64,000 bases of DNA from Candidatus Hydrogenedentota bacterium (GCA_963674865.2 CAXXYE010000004.1:480001-544000); one strand, 5' to 3'; positions 10,201-22,387 are shown, numbered from the stretch's first letter. The notes: generated by a model not told the origin, from the sequence alone. Made by a program: numbers and translations.

Positions 10201-10636
10201 CCGCGCCAAAGCGGTTTACTTCCGCCCGACGCTCTCCGGCAAGGGGGATGACGGCTCCGGACTGTCCGTTCCGCTATCGGGGCATAACGGCGAGTTCGTC
10301 CAGATGGACGGCGGCAAGATCTACTCCGTGGCCGTGCGGAAGATGGTGTCTATGCTGAAGCAGGCCTGCACCGAGGCCGAGGTCCCCGTCGAGAGTCTGG
10401 ACCTCGTTGTCCCGCACCAGGCCAATCAGCGCATTATCGACGCCATCCGTCAACGCCTGAAGGTGTCCTCCGACAAGGTGTACAGCAATATCCGCGATCT
10501 CGGCAACACTTCCTCCAGCACCATTCCTCTCTGCCTCAACGAGATCCTGCCCAAGGCCGATCCCGGGCGTTACATCGGCCTGTGCGCCTTCGGCGGAGGC
10601 TTCACCTACGGCGCAGGGGTGTTGAAAACGGTATAG
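7298..10636 (+). CDS. Fusion: 2-oxoacid dehydrogenase E1alpha + E1beta + lipoyl domain + 3-oxoacyl-ACP synthase III (FabH)
   Basis: HYRD, ThDP motif GDGTTQQG...IHDN, HTNADD loop; FGEDI, NSPLTESTIVG, IIDLRSL; lipoyl motif VEADKA; FabH triad NAACSGY / VPHQAN / GNTSS and FGGGFTYG. Confidence 0.93.
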   Translation: MQFDFVKLYEWMLSAREVDRLELQLVNRGEAFFHVSGAGHEGSAALAPHLVEADWLHCHYRDKALMIARGISPEMFLNSVLCREASHSRGRQMSAHMSDPALKVLSIVGPVGNSALHAVGVAAQVKNAPENPIVLCSLGDGTTQQGEVLEAIAEAVRNTLPVLFLIHDNRFAISTQTDGRTFYSLPGGTSESFYGMDVRHIDGRAPIACVDEFGAVVAEMRAQRGPAIIVFDVDRLASHTNADDQRVYRSDEEIRTAWERGDPLRIAREALLEQGTPEEDVARIEQEVRESVEAACEQARREPEPAPCTTAKKALAPELSNPAREYRGDTSEPRLTMLESIREVLRNRLAEDECVVLFGEDIEDPKGDVFGATRGLTDAFPGRVLNSPLTESTIVGVSVGRALAGARPVAFLQFADFLPLAYNQIATELGSMWWRTDGAWEAPVIVMIACGGYKPGLGPFHSQSLESIASHVPGVDVFMPSTAGDAAGLLNAAFDSGRPTLFFYPKNLLNDREQTTSADVGAQRVAIGKARTLRRGTDLTFVGWGNAIGLCVRAADEIEFAGYTSDIIDLRSLSPWDADAVVASAEKTGRLIVVHEDNHTCGFGAEVLATVSERAVRAVKTRRVARFDTYVPCHFGNQLAVLPSFQRVLETAAELLDLEVAWENPAPEEPDLFTVFAIGSSPADESVTVTELLTKSGASVQAGDLIANVEADKASAEVAAPVSGVVADILVEEGETVKVGVPLLRIRVAEGEIVRKAITQEQPGTPLLRKRKTRADRKPAAAAHTVRVRQSEVGLASMGARLGSHVVTSEELAERFPDMDLAGLVRRTGIENRHWLGEGETPLSLAVNAASQALEREQLALDEVDLIVCTTGTPMRMTPSMSCLILHELSKSNGAHEAEVYDINAACSGYLNALQCAYDYLQSRPRDKVLVVTTEALSTRLNPEDFGTAILFGDAATATIVYGAAHIDRAKAVYFRPTLSGKGDDGSGLSVPLSGHNGEFVQMDGGKIYSVAVRKMVSMLKQACTEAEVPVESLDLVVPHQANQRIIDAIRQRLKVSSDKVYSNIRDLGNTSSSTIPLCLNEILPKADPGRYIGLCAFGGGFTYGAGVLKTV

Positions 10637-10768
10637 GTGATAGTCCGATCACCGTGTTTTCGTACTTCCTTTTGTACTCGTCAAGAGAAGCTATCCGTGT
10701 GTATGTCATAGACGGATGTCTATGTGTTTCGCCGAGAACGGCAGGAATGATGAGCGGGAGGACACATC

Positions 10769-11878
10769 GTGGGCACCGGTGAAACTCACTTCGAACTACC
10801 TCCCAAGATTGAGGAGTATCTTGCCGTACTGAGCAGGCTCTATGCGAGGACAAAGAACGCGCGTCTCCAAGAGATCATCGTCAATGGTGCGCCGACTATC
10901 CATGAGGAATGGACTTACGACAACTGGAATGGCGGCACATATGGGCACGCACTCACACTGACGATTCCGGAGGAGCTCTTTCTGGATGTCATCGAGGATA
11001 AGGGAGACTTCCAAGACCAAATCTGCAAAGATATCAATAGTATGAACAACGTACCGAACGAGCACATTGCCGGGATCTTCATTGAAATGGAGCCTCTGGA
11101 AAGTGACGACTGGCGAAAGAAGTCCGGCCTCTTGCGGCCGCAAACGGCTTACGTTTCGGTTCCTCCGAAGTCTTTGGCGCGCCTCTGGGACGTGGGACAA
11201 GTTCGTGTGTTCTTAAGCCACAAAGCCGAATACAAGAAGGGGACATCTCAGCTTAAGGATTGCCTCAAGAGATACGGAATCGCGTGCTTCGTGGCGCATG
11301 AAGACATCGAACCGACAGAAGAATGGCAAACTGAGATCGAGCATGCTCTTCATAGCATGGACGCCATGGTTGCACTCCTGACGCCGGATTTCCACGAAAG
11401 CAAATGGACTGATCAAGAGATTGGTTTTGCATTGGGGCGCGGATTGCCCGTTGTCGCTGTTTGTCTCGGGCAGGATCCCTACGGTTTTATCGGAAAGCTG
11501 CAGGGCCTTCAGGGATGCGACTGGCAGCAAGTCGAAGATATGGCAGCGGAGGCATACGCGTTGTTGTATAAACGTCTACCGGACAAGTCGCGGCTATTTG
11601 AGGCTGCGCTCGCAGCCTATGCCGGCTCCGACTCATGGGCCGATTCTGCCTGGAAGGTGGAAAACGTGCTTTCCACCTTCGAAACGTTGACACGAAGACA
11701 GGTGGAGGATGTAGTCCGCGCTTACAGAGATAATCCTCAGAATTTGAGCTCCTTCGATGGCATGGACGCATTGAAGCCCCTTCTCGAAAGATGGACGGGC
11801 GAGAGATGGGAGGTACGCAAGAACCAGCTCAAAAGGGTAAAGGATGCGGAGGTCCACACAGATGGACTTCCCTTTTGA
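10769..11878 (+). CDS. TIR-domain protein (TIR_2-like) with N- and C-terminal extensions
   Basis: RVFLSHK, CFVAHEDIEPTEEWQTEI, FHESKWTDQEIGFALG (conserved catalytic Glu position). Confidence 0.85.
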   Translation: MGTGETHFELPPKIEEYLAVLSRLYARTKNARLQEIIVNGAPTIHEEWTYDNWNGGTYGHALTLTIPEELFLDVIEDKGDFQDQICKDINSMNNVPNEHIAGIFIEMEPLESDDWRKKSGLLRPQTAYVSVPPKSLARLWDVGQVRVFLSHKAEYKKGTSQLKDCLKRYGIACFVAHEDIEPTEEWQTEIEHALHSMDAMVALLTPDFHESKWTDQEIGFALGRGLPVVAVCLGQDPYGFIGKLQGLQGCDWQQVEDMAAEAYALLYKRLPDKSRLFEAALAAYAGSDSWADSAWKVENVLSTFETLTRRQVEDVVRAYRDNPQNLSSFDGMDALKPLLERWTGERWEVRKNQLKRVKDAEVHTDGLPF

Positions 11879-12036
11879 TAGCACGGCATAGCACAGTATG
11901 ACTTGAGGCTAAGATACCGCGATGATTAGGCCGTCGAGAGACGGCTCGGGGGCCTGAACAAGGGCCGCATGCTGTGGCCATGCCAAGAACAGGTAGGAGT
12001 CCTGTTGCGACTTCGTAAAGGAGGCCACATTTTCCG

Positions 12037-12921
12037 TTGAGCGACTCCAACTCGATTTGTCCAAACCACCCCTCGACGACTATCCGCCCCATGGCTCAAT
12101 CCGGCCTCGGCGCGGGGATGCGCTTGAGTTGTGCGGCGGGTTGGAATCAGACGGAAGGAGATTGGGCGCTTTTCCTGCGGAGTCGGCCTGAGGGGTGTTT
12201 CGTCGCCGAGCACGAGGGGCGGGTGGTCGGCACGGTGACAACCATCGACTACGGGGGCCGGGTGAGCTGGATTGCCATGGTGCTGGTTGATTCCGCGATG
12301 CGGCGGCGGGGGATTGGCCGGCGCTTGCTGCAAACCGCCATCGACTCGTTGGCGCATTGCGAAAGCATCAAGTTGGACGCAACGCCCGCAGGGAAGCGTC
12401 TGTACGATACGCTTGGATTCAAAGATGAATACCAGCTTTCGCGGATGGCTGTGGCCGCGATGCCTGAGGTAACGCCGGTGAACGCGCGTATTCGCGCGGC
12501 GGACGAAGCGGATCTGCCGGCGCTCAGGGCGCTTGATGCGGCAGCGTTCGGCGTCGAACGCCCGGAAGTCTTGGCTGGCCTCATGGCCATGGCGCCGGAA
12601 TACGCTGTCGTGAGCGAAGATCGCGGGGGAGGAGTCACCGGCTTTGCCCTGGGCCGGCACGGGCGGAACCGCGAGCAGATAGGCCCGGTGGTGGCGTGCG
12701 ACGAGACGACGGTGCAAGGATTGGCCGTAGCACTGTTCGCGAAGCTGCGGGGCGCGCCGGTGCTGATCGACGTGCCGCAGCGCCACACGGCCTGGCTCGC
12801 GTGGCTCCGCGGACTTGGATTTGCGCAAGAGCGAACCTTCGTGCGCATGTACCGCGGCCCAAACACCTATCCCGGCCTGCCCGAGCACATGTTCGCCGTC
12901 AGCGGGCCGGAACTGGGATAG
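12037..12921 (+). CDS. GNAT-family N-acetyltransferase (two-domain)
   Basis: RRRGIGRRLL acetyl-CoA motif; LDATPAGKRLYDTLGF; QIGPVVA in second domain. Confidence 0.88.
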   Translation: MSDSNSICPNHPSTTIRPMAQSGLGAGMRLSCAAGWNQTEGDWALFLRSRPEGCFVAEHEGRVVGTVTTIDYGGRVSWIAMVLVDSAMRRRGIGRRLLQTAIDSLAHCESIKLDATPAGKRLYDTLGFKDEYQLSRMAVAAMPEVTPVNARIRAADEADLPALRALDAAAFGVERPEVLAGLMAMAPEYAVVSEDRGGGVTGFALGRHGRNREQIGPVVACDETTVQGLAVALFAKLRGAPVLIDVPQRHTAWLAWLRGLGFAQERTFVRMYRGPNTYPGLPEHMFAVSGPELG

Positions 12922-12956
12922 TGTTCTGAGGGCTTGTGAAAAAATGTGTGGTGTTT

Positions 12957-13337
12957 GGAAAAGGGGACACGTAGTCGCGCCGGGGACGGCGCTTGGAACA
13001 TGTCCCCTTTTCCTCCGGCATTCCTTCACGGGCTCGGAGTCATAATTGACGCTGCTTATCTGCAGATGAAGAGACACCAGGAAGAAGCGAAAAACCGGGA
13101 CTGACACAAGCGGAGCGAAGCGACAACGTGGCTGTCCCTGCTTTTCGCGGCCACGCTTGCAGTCCTGCCTCCCGAACTGCTATTCCATTGGGCGTCCGGT
13201 TTAGCCTGCCTGAAATAATCGCTAGGTTGTGCTTTGGAGTTGTCAATAGCCATCGTGCAGAGCTTCTTTCGCAAGAAGAGGGACAGACACGTCTCGTCCG
13301 CCTTTGGCGGACTCGCATGCGTCAGTCCCTTTCTTGC
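12957..13337. repeat. Three related REP-like hairpins (GGGAC...GTCCC family)
   Basis: 12957-13013 GGAAAAGGGGACA/TGTCCCCTTTTCC; 13087-13148 GGGACTGACAC/GTGGCTGTCCC; 13271-13337 GCAAGAAGAGGGACAGACAC/GCGTCAGTCCCTTTCTTGC. Confidence 0.7.
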
Positions 13338-13363
13338 TACGCTTGTGCGTCCTTGTCTGATAA

Positions 13364-16648
<3,285 letters not shown>

Positions 16649-16665
16649 CCGGCTTCACATAGCCC

Positions 16666-18159
16666 TCAGGGCAAGATCTGGAACGCGTAGAGCTTTGCGT
16701 TGCTCAGGCCGAATCTGAGGCGGATAACCTTGTTCTTGAGCGGCGCGAGGTCGTGGCCATCCGCCCATTCCGCGTTCAGCCGGAGGTCGTCCACGTTTCT
16801 GTTGGAAATCGCGTCGTCCCCCGCATAGCCAGGGATGGGCTCGCCGCTCTCATCAAGGATCTCCATGGTGAACTCGCCTTGTGCGGCGTCCACGTTGGCC
16901 TCGACACGCGTGCCCTTCAGCACGAAGGGCTTTGTCAGGATCGTGCCCGGCTCCTCGCCCGCGGATAGGCTGACAAAGCCGTCCAATCGCAGCCGCGCAA
17001 GTCCGATGGCGCACTGCCAGCGCGTGCCTTCCGGCCGAAAGCGGTAGATATCATGCCGCTCGCGCGCCCCGGCGTAGTAGATCCAGTGCTCGTCATTCCA
17101 CGTGATGATATTCGGCGCCGGCTGGGCCCAGTCCTTGTCGAAACTCCCATCCGGCCCGCGAGGGATAAGCGGCTTCTCGGCGTATATCCACTGCGTATCC
17201 CACATCTCGTCGCCCCGGGCGGTGACGATGTAGTAATTCAGGATATCGCGCTCATGGCGCTTATCGAGATCATATAATCCCTCGCGCATATCGCCCGCCC
17301 ACTCATAGCACCAGAGCAGGCCGAAGAGGACGCCTTCATACGGCCAGCCGTTGAGGCTGTACACCTGACGCCGCTTGAACTCCCAGGGACCTTGGCGGTC
17401 GAAATGCCACTCGCGAACCATAGTCCAGGCCGTGGGATCGGCCTTCACATCCGGATTCGTCATGTCGCGCGTGCCGCGATTCTCGTCGAGCGAGCCGCCA
17501 AACCGTCCACGCCCATAGTCCGTGCGCGTGAAGAGCCGGTACACCTGAGCCGACTCGTCCCAGAGAAGCTGGTTTGAGGTGTCGGCGGCCCGCCCGGTGA
17601 CGGGAAGTCCCTCATTGTACGCCGTCCAATGAAAACCGTCCGGCGAGTGGGCTAGACAGGCCATGATCTTCTTCGGATGCCCATACGCCGACTTGTAGCG
17701 GTGTTCCGGATCGGTTTCGTGGCCGTCCAGAAAGCAGCCGAATCCCATCGGATCCGTGATGTTGTTATTCGTGTTCCCCTCGAACTCATAGAATCCGAGG
17801 GCGGGCTTATTCCAATGAATGCCGTCCTCCGACTCGGCATAGCCGAATAACTCGCCGCCCATCTGATACCACATGCGGAAGCGGTTTCCATCGCGGAACA
17901 CCGAGCCCATGCGAATGATATCGGCGTTTTCCCACGGCTTGTCCGCCACCAGGACAGGTTCGCCGCCGTTCGCCTTCGTCACCTGGCCGAGTTCGCGGGT
18001 GACATTGTCCATCTCGGCGACAACGTAGTCATCCACGAAGAGCTGCTTCTGATGGCCTACTTCGACACCTTGCGCACCGGCGCACACCGCTTGGATTACA
18101 AGCAAACAGACTACCGCAACAGGGACGTTTCCCCTCGTCCTTGGCCAATTACTGCTCAT
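16666..18159 (-). CDS. Exported beta-propeller glycosidase-like protein (GH32/GH43-like fold)
   Basis: Signal peptide; QLFVDD, ESEDGIHW, HSPDGFHW, GLARLRLDGFVS, AKLYAF; start at MSSNW. Confidence 0.6.
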   Translation of the reverse strand: MSSNWPRTRGNVPVAVVCLLVIQAVCAGAQGVEVGHQKQLFVDDYVVAEMDNVTRELGQVTKANGGEPVLVADKPWENADIIRMGSVFRDGNRFRMWYQMGGELFGYAESEDGIHWNKPALGFYEFEGNTNNNITDPMGFGCFLDGHETDPEHRYKSAYGHPKKIMACLAHSPDGFHWTAYNEGLPVTGRAADTSNQLLWDESAQVYRLFTRTDYGRGRFGGSLDENRGTRDMTNPDVKADPTAWTMVREWHFDRQGPWEFKRRQVYSLNGWPYEGVLFGLLWCYEWAGDMREGLYDLDKRHERDILNYYIVTARGDEMWDTQWIYAEKPLIPRGPDGSFDKDWAQPAPNIITWNDEHWIYYAGARERHDIYRFRPEGTRWQCAIGLARLRLDGFVSLSAGEEPGTILTKPFVLKGTRVEANVDAAQGEFTMEILDESGEPIPGYAGDDAISNRNVDDLRLNAEWADGHDLAPLKNKVIRLRFGLSNAKLYAFQILP

Positions 18160-18179
18160 CAAGTTTCTCCCGACTACGT

Positions 18180-18752
18180 CTATTCCATTTCCTCGCGTGC
18201 TTTGATCAAGAGAGCCATCCATTTTCCCACGTAGTGGCCATGATCGTGCCATGTCCGGCCGCTAACGAGGTTGCCATCCACCACGCAGGGCTCATCGACG
18301 AAGATACCTCCACACACTTCCAGATCAAAACGGCACTTCGGCACCGTGGCCATGCGCCGGCCCTTGACGCATCCCGCGAACGCCGGGATCTCGACGCCGT
18401 GGCACACGCAGCCCACTGGTTTGCCCGCCTCGAAGAAGTGGCGCGTGATTCGCACCAGATCCTCATCGTAGCGCAGGTACTCCGGTGCGCGGCCCCCGCT
18501 GAAGAAAATGCCGATGTATTCCTCCGGCTCAACGTCCCGGAAAGCCACCTGAGCCTCGATGGTATAGCCTTCCCACTCCCGGGTGATCGTCCAGCCGGGC
18601 TTCACCTCATGAAGTACCATATTGTACCGCCCGGCCTCAGGGGCCGTCACCACGGGCTCGAAGCCGTCCTCCTTGAGTCGAAGATAGGGATACAGCGTGT
18701 CCACCGTTTCCGTCGCGTCGCCTACAACAATAAGCACCTTGTTCATATTCAC
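18180..18752 (-). CDS. DJ-1/PfpI family protein
   Basis: SGGRAPEYLR, nucleophile-elbow CVCHG, VVDGNLVSGRTWHD. Confidence 0.9.
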   Translation of the reverse strand: MNMNKVLIVVGDATETVDTLYPYLRLKEDGFEPVVTAPEAGRYNMVLHEVKPGWTITREWEGYTIEAQVAFRDVEPEEYIGIFFSGGRAPEYLRYDEDLVRITRHFFEAGKPVGCVCHGVEIPAFAGCVKGRRMATVPKCRFDLEVCGGIFVDEPCVVDGNLVSGRTWHDHGHYVGKWMALLIKAREEME

Positions 18753-18787
18753 CCCTTTCCGCGCCCCGTTCTCCGTCCAATTCTTGC

Positions 18788-19783
18788 TCAGTCTAGTGGC
18801 AGCTCACAGGCCCGCAGAATGCATTCCTGAACCTCGAGATCGTGGGAGGGGGGATACTCAGACTCCTTCTCGCCGCGAATAACCCGGGCGAAGTCGATGA
18901 GCTGATCATCGTAGCGTCCCGTCATCGGGGGCAATCGGACTTCCTGGTATCCCGCTTTGTACTCTCCCTGCGCCTCGGCGAGGGCCATCGTCATCCGCGG
19001 CGCCTCAAGAGGCCGGATATCCACGGTGCCGCGATCCCCGCACACCACGAACTGCCGCCGCCGCGTGCCTTCCACCTCCATGAGCGCGCTCCGGATCGTC
19101 GCCGTAGCTTTAGGATAGTCGAACACGGCGAGGATATTGTCAGCCAGATCATCCTCCTCGGGGCGCGTGCGCCGGACATGGCCCGTGACGCGCTCCGGCG
19201 CTCCGAGAATGTGCACCAGCGGATCGGCCAGATGACATCCCAGTTCAAACATCGAGCCGCCGGGATACTCGGCCAGTTTCCGGCGCCAGTCCGGCCCCAC
19301 GCTCTTGCTCATCACGCCATGTACCTCGAACACGTCCCCCAACCACCCCTCGCGGACGGCCTTGAAGCAAAGCAGAAACGCCGCGTTGTTCCGAAACATA
19401 TATCCCATTTGAATCGTGAGTCCGCCGGCCGTTGCCGCATCGAGCAGGGCCTTGAACGCGCTCAGAGATTCCCCGGCGGGCTTGTCCAAGTGCACGTGCA
19501 TCCCGGCAGCCACACACCGCGCCGCCGTAGGCACCAGGTCGCGCACCTCCGTCTCGACGGCCACCGCCTGGAGTCCCTTCGTATTCAGAAGCTCCTCCTC
19601 CGTCATCCACGTCAGGCCCCGGTAGGCATCGTCCTCGGACATGGCCTTGCGCCGCGCCGTGTCCGGCTCGACAACACCCACGACTTCGAAGTCCTCGCTC
19701 AGCTTGCGAAACGTCTCCATCTTGCCCGCCGCATGCGCGTGCCCCGCGCCGACTTGGCCTACCTTCACTCTCGCACCGCCCAT
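18788..19783 (-). CDS. Gfo/Idh/MocA-family oxidoreductase
   Basis: VGQVGAGHAH Rossmann start, HVHLDKP, QMGYMFR, ELGCHLAD; start at ATG 19783. Confidence 0.88.
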   Translation of the reverse strand: MGGARVKVGQVGAGHAHAAGKMETFRKLSEDFEVVGVVEPDTARRKAMSEDDAYRGLTWMTEEELLNTKGLQAVAVETEVRDLVPTAARCVAAGMHVHLDKPAGESLSAFKALLDAATAGGLTIQMGYMFRNNAAFLLCFKAVREGWLGDVFEVHGVMSKSVGPDWRRKLAEYPGGSMFELGCHLADPLVHILGAPERVTGHVRRTRPEEDDLADNILAVFDYPKATATIRSALMEVEGTRRRQFVVCGDRGTVDIRPLEAPRMTMALAEAQGEYKAGYQEVRLPPMTGRYDDQLIDFARVIRGEKESEYPPSHDLEVQECILRACELPLD

Positions 19784-19981
19784 AAGACCCCTCCCAAAAC
19801 ATGATGAAGCTTGGCTCACGTCTTGTTTCGTTGACTTGCAGTCTGTCTCGCTCCCTCTGCCAATGCTCACAGAATACAACAAGTCGCCGCCCCTTTCGAG
19901 GCAAACCGTAGCGGATTTCTCCGGAATGGCGTAGAATCGCATTGGGGAAGGGGACAAAGATTCGGGAGAAGGGAGCCAACG

Positions 19982-20344
19982 ATGGGAAAAGAGCTGATGG
20001 GGGCGCTGGATGTCATGGCCTACGGATATTCCGTAACCGTGTTGATCAACGGCACTGATGTCCACATAACGGGGGGGAAGTCGCAGTCCGCACGGCTCTT
20101 CGGCGCCGACGATCTGATGGCCGGGGAGTTGCCCGACGACATGAAGTACCTGGCATGTCTGAAAGAGGCGGCGAACGAGATACAAGTGGACTACAAGAGG
20201 CTGCCGGATGAGGACTCTACCGGCCTCACCATCGAACTCAAGTCGGAGGAGCAATTCGCGACGGATGAATGCCTCTTCCGCTTCCGCGAGGAGCCTGACG
20301 CTGGTAAGGAATCGGGCAGCCTCACAGAGTCATTTCAACTCTAG
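19982..20344 (+). CDS. Hypothetical protein
   Basis: 120-aa acidic ORF with AAGGGAG RBS; 11 bp from next ORF. Confidence 0.6.
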   Translation: MGKELMGALDVMAYGYSVTVLINGTDVHITGGKSQSARLFGADDLMAGELPDDMKYLACLKEAANEIQVDYKRLPDEDSTGLTIELKSEEQFATDECLFRFREEPDAGKESGSLTESFQL

Positions 20345-20355
20345 CAGGCGTAAGC

Positions 20356-20751
20356 ATGACGGAATCACCTGACGGCCCCGGTTCGGCTGCACCGCCTGGA
20401 AAATGGACGATGAAGTGCACGAAGTGCGGCGCCGACCTCGGAGGCTTCGACAACGAGGAGGCGTCCATCTGCCTACGCCCTAGAGAGGACGAAGAGACAC
20501 GCTCCTATTTTCTCTGCGAGGCCTGCGGCGTCTACTCCGCGTGGATATGCATCGAAGACTTCTGGACTGATGAGGACACCATGTTCCCGGCAGGCCCGAT
20601 CTCGCGCGAGGAAGGGGATGAGATCGTGGAGAAGATCAGGAAATGCCCAAACTCGGATAACGCATCCTGCAAGTGTCCCTCCCACAAGGAAATGTCGCGC
20701 TGGATACTCACCAGGTCCAAGCCTCAGGAGCGGAATGCCTCGATGCGGTGA
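20356..20751 (+). CDS. Hypothetical Cys-rich, putative zinc-binding protein
   Basis: CTKC, CEAC, CPxxxxxxCxCPSH. Confidence 0.6.
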   Translation: MTESPDGPGSAAPPGKWTMKCTKCGADLGGFDNEEASICLRPREDEETRSYFLCEACGVYSAWICIEDFWTDEDTMFPAGPISREEGDEIVEKIRKCPNSDNASCKCPSHKEMSRWILTRSKPQERNASMR

Positions 20752-21788
20752 AAAGTCATAAAATTGGCGTCGTGGAAGCTGTGCGAGCCATCCCATGCTG
20801 TGCGGCTCGCAACGATGATATCGCGATTCTCGAACAGCCAGTCAACGTATTGGAAGGCGTGGTGCTCCGTGTCCGGGTGCTCGAGCAGAAGCCGCTCGAC
20901 ACGCCAATCGCGCAAGTCCGCGGAAGACACAAGCACCAGGATATTTCGATTTGCTTCGGGATCGCGCTGTTTGTTTACCAACGACCAGTACCGGCCGCTT
21001 TCCTCGTCGAATCGAATCGTGAACTTGGTGCGTCCGCCCGGCAGATGGATGAATCCTGTGCCGGGATCAAATGAAATAGTCTTACCATCATCCGACACAT
21101 CACACCAGGCCGCGGTTTCCCCTTCGGGACACACAACTCGCAGGATGTTTACCACTTTGCTCTCCGGCGTGAGTACAACATTCCCTTCGAGCCAGCCCAG
21201 GTTCACTCCTTGAGCCTTCTTGTACCACTCAGGCTTGAATTCCAACCGGTTGGAGAACGTCCAGTTCGCTGCGTCGCGCAAGTCGGCATCTTCGGGAACC
21301 GACATCACAAACGCGCGGAAGTGGGAGCCCCAGCCTCCTGGGCCGCCGGCGTCTTCCATGGCGCGCCATAGGCGTCCCTGGTGTCGAATGATGGGCACCG
21401 GCGCACAATGGTACCTGCCATCGCTCAGAAGAAGGCCCGTATCCGGGGAATCGGCAGAAGTCCACGTCTGTCCGTCATCGTCGGAGCGCCGGATCACCGT
21501 GTAGCCGTACTCGGCGGAGGCGCCGATGATGTACAGTGCGTCATCGTGCAGGAAAAGCGTCGACCAGAACTGCCCCTTGATCTCGCCTTGCCGGGCCCAC
21601 GTCTCACCTCTGTCGGCCGAGACGTAGACGTGCGTGACATCGCTCGTCGTTTCTTTTCCAAAGAAATCATGGGACGCCAAATAGCGTCCATCCGGGAGGC
21701 GGACAATGCTGGGCGAGCCGATATAGAACTTCATCGGCTCCGGACTCTCTGCAATAACAACACCTGGCGGACGATTCGTCACACACAT
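20724..21788 (-). CDS. BNR/Asp-box sialidase-like beta-propeller protein
   Basis: Asp-boxes SADRGETW and SDDDGQTW; WLEGN, FQYVDW, FHDAN. Confidence 0.8.
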   Translation of the reverse strand: MCVTNRPPGVVIAESPEPMKFYIGSPSIVRLPDGRYLASHDFFGKETTSDVTHVYVSADRGETWARQGEIKGQFWSTLFLHDDALYIIGASAEYGYTVIRRSDDDGQTWTSADSPDTGLLLSDGRYHCAPVPIIRHQGRLWRAMEDAGGPGGWGSHFRAFVMSVPEDADLRDAANWTFSNRLEFKPEWYKKAQGVNLGWLEGNVVLTPESKVVNILRVVCPEGETAAWCDVSDDGKTISFDPGTGFIHLPGGRTKFTIRFDEESGRYWSLVNKQRDPEANRNILVLVSSADLRDWRVERLLLEHPDTEHHAFQYVDWLFENRDIIVASRTAWDGSHSFHDANFMTFHRIEAFRS

Positions 21789-21825
21789 GCTTCTTCCTTT
21801 CTACGGCACCAGTGTAGAACAAGAA

Positions 21826-21862
21826 GAAGGCCAATGAGCTTGTATGCGGCTCATTGGCCTTC
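21826..21862 (-). terminator. Intrinsic terminator downstream of tRNA-Pro
   Basis: Perfect 14-bp stem GAAGGCCAATGAGC/GCTCATTGGCCTTC followed on minus strand by TTCTTGTTCT. Confidence 0.75.
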
Positions 21863-21873
21863 CGTGTCATAAA

Positions 21874-21951
<78 letters not shown>

Positions 21952-21962
21952 ACCGAATAATG

Positions 21963-22304
21963 CTATTGGGATTCGAGCAGTTCCATGAGGCCCCGCACTT
22001 CGGCCTCCATCTTGTCGAGAAGATCGATGACTTCCTGCTTCGTCTTGGGCCGGCCGACGCCGTAGAGCTCGATGTTGAGCTGCTTGATCGCACCCTCGGT
22101 TGTCAGCTTGTCGTGGCGAACAAGCTGCTTGATCCGCCGGGCGATCTCGATGTCCCGCGCCTGATAATACCGGCGCTTGGCCCGATCCCGCTTAGGTTTC
22201 AACTGTGGAAAACGGCTTTCCCATTGCCGAAGCACATGGGCAGCAACACCAACCATTCGACTGACTTCGGCGATGCCGTACCGTCGATCATCAGCCTCAG
22301 CCAT
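21963..22304 (-). CDS. MerR-family HTH regulator
   Basis: YGIAEVSRMVGVAAHVLRQWESRFPQLKP...RRYY; merR next to tRNA-Pro(GGG) is a widespread arrangement. Confidence 0.9.
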   Translation of the reverse strand: MAEADDRRYGIAEVSRMVGVAAHVLRQWESRFPQLKPKRDRAKRRYYQARDIEIARRIKQLVRHDKLTTEGAIKQLNIELYGVGRPKTKQEVIDLLDKMEAEVRGLMELLESQ

Positions 22305-22387
22305 TCTATCCGATCTCCGGTAGGTACCTCAAGCCTAGCCTGAGTGAGGCACTCGGCCGCCGGTTACACACCACAAAGGTGGTGGTT

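Noticed and set aside
10769..12921. TIR + GNAT as a two-gene defence or toxin-antitoxin unit
   Set aside because: 158-bp gap, visibly different base composition, and the GNAT is a two-domain metabolic type; no evidence of linkage
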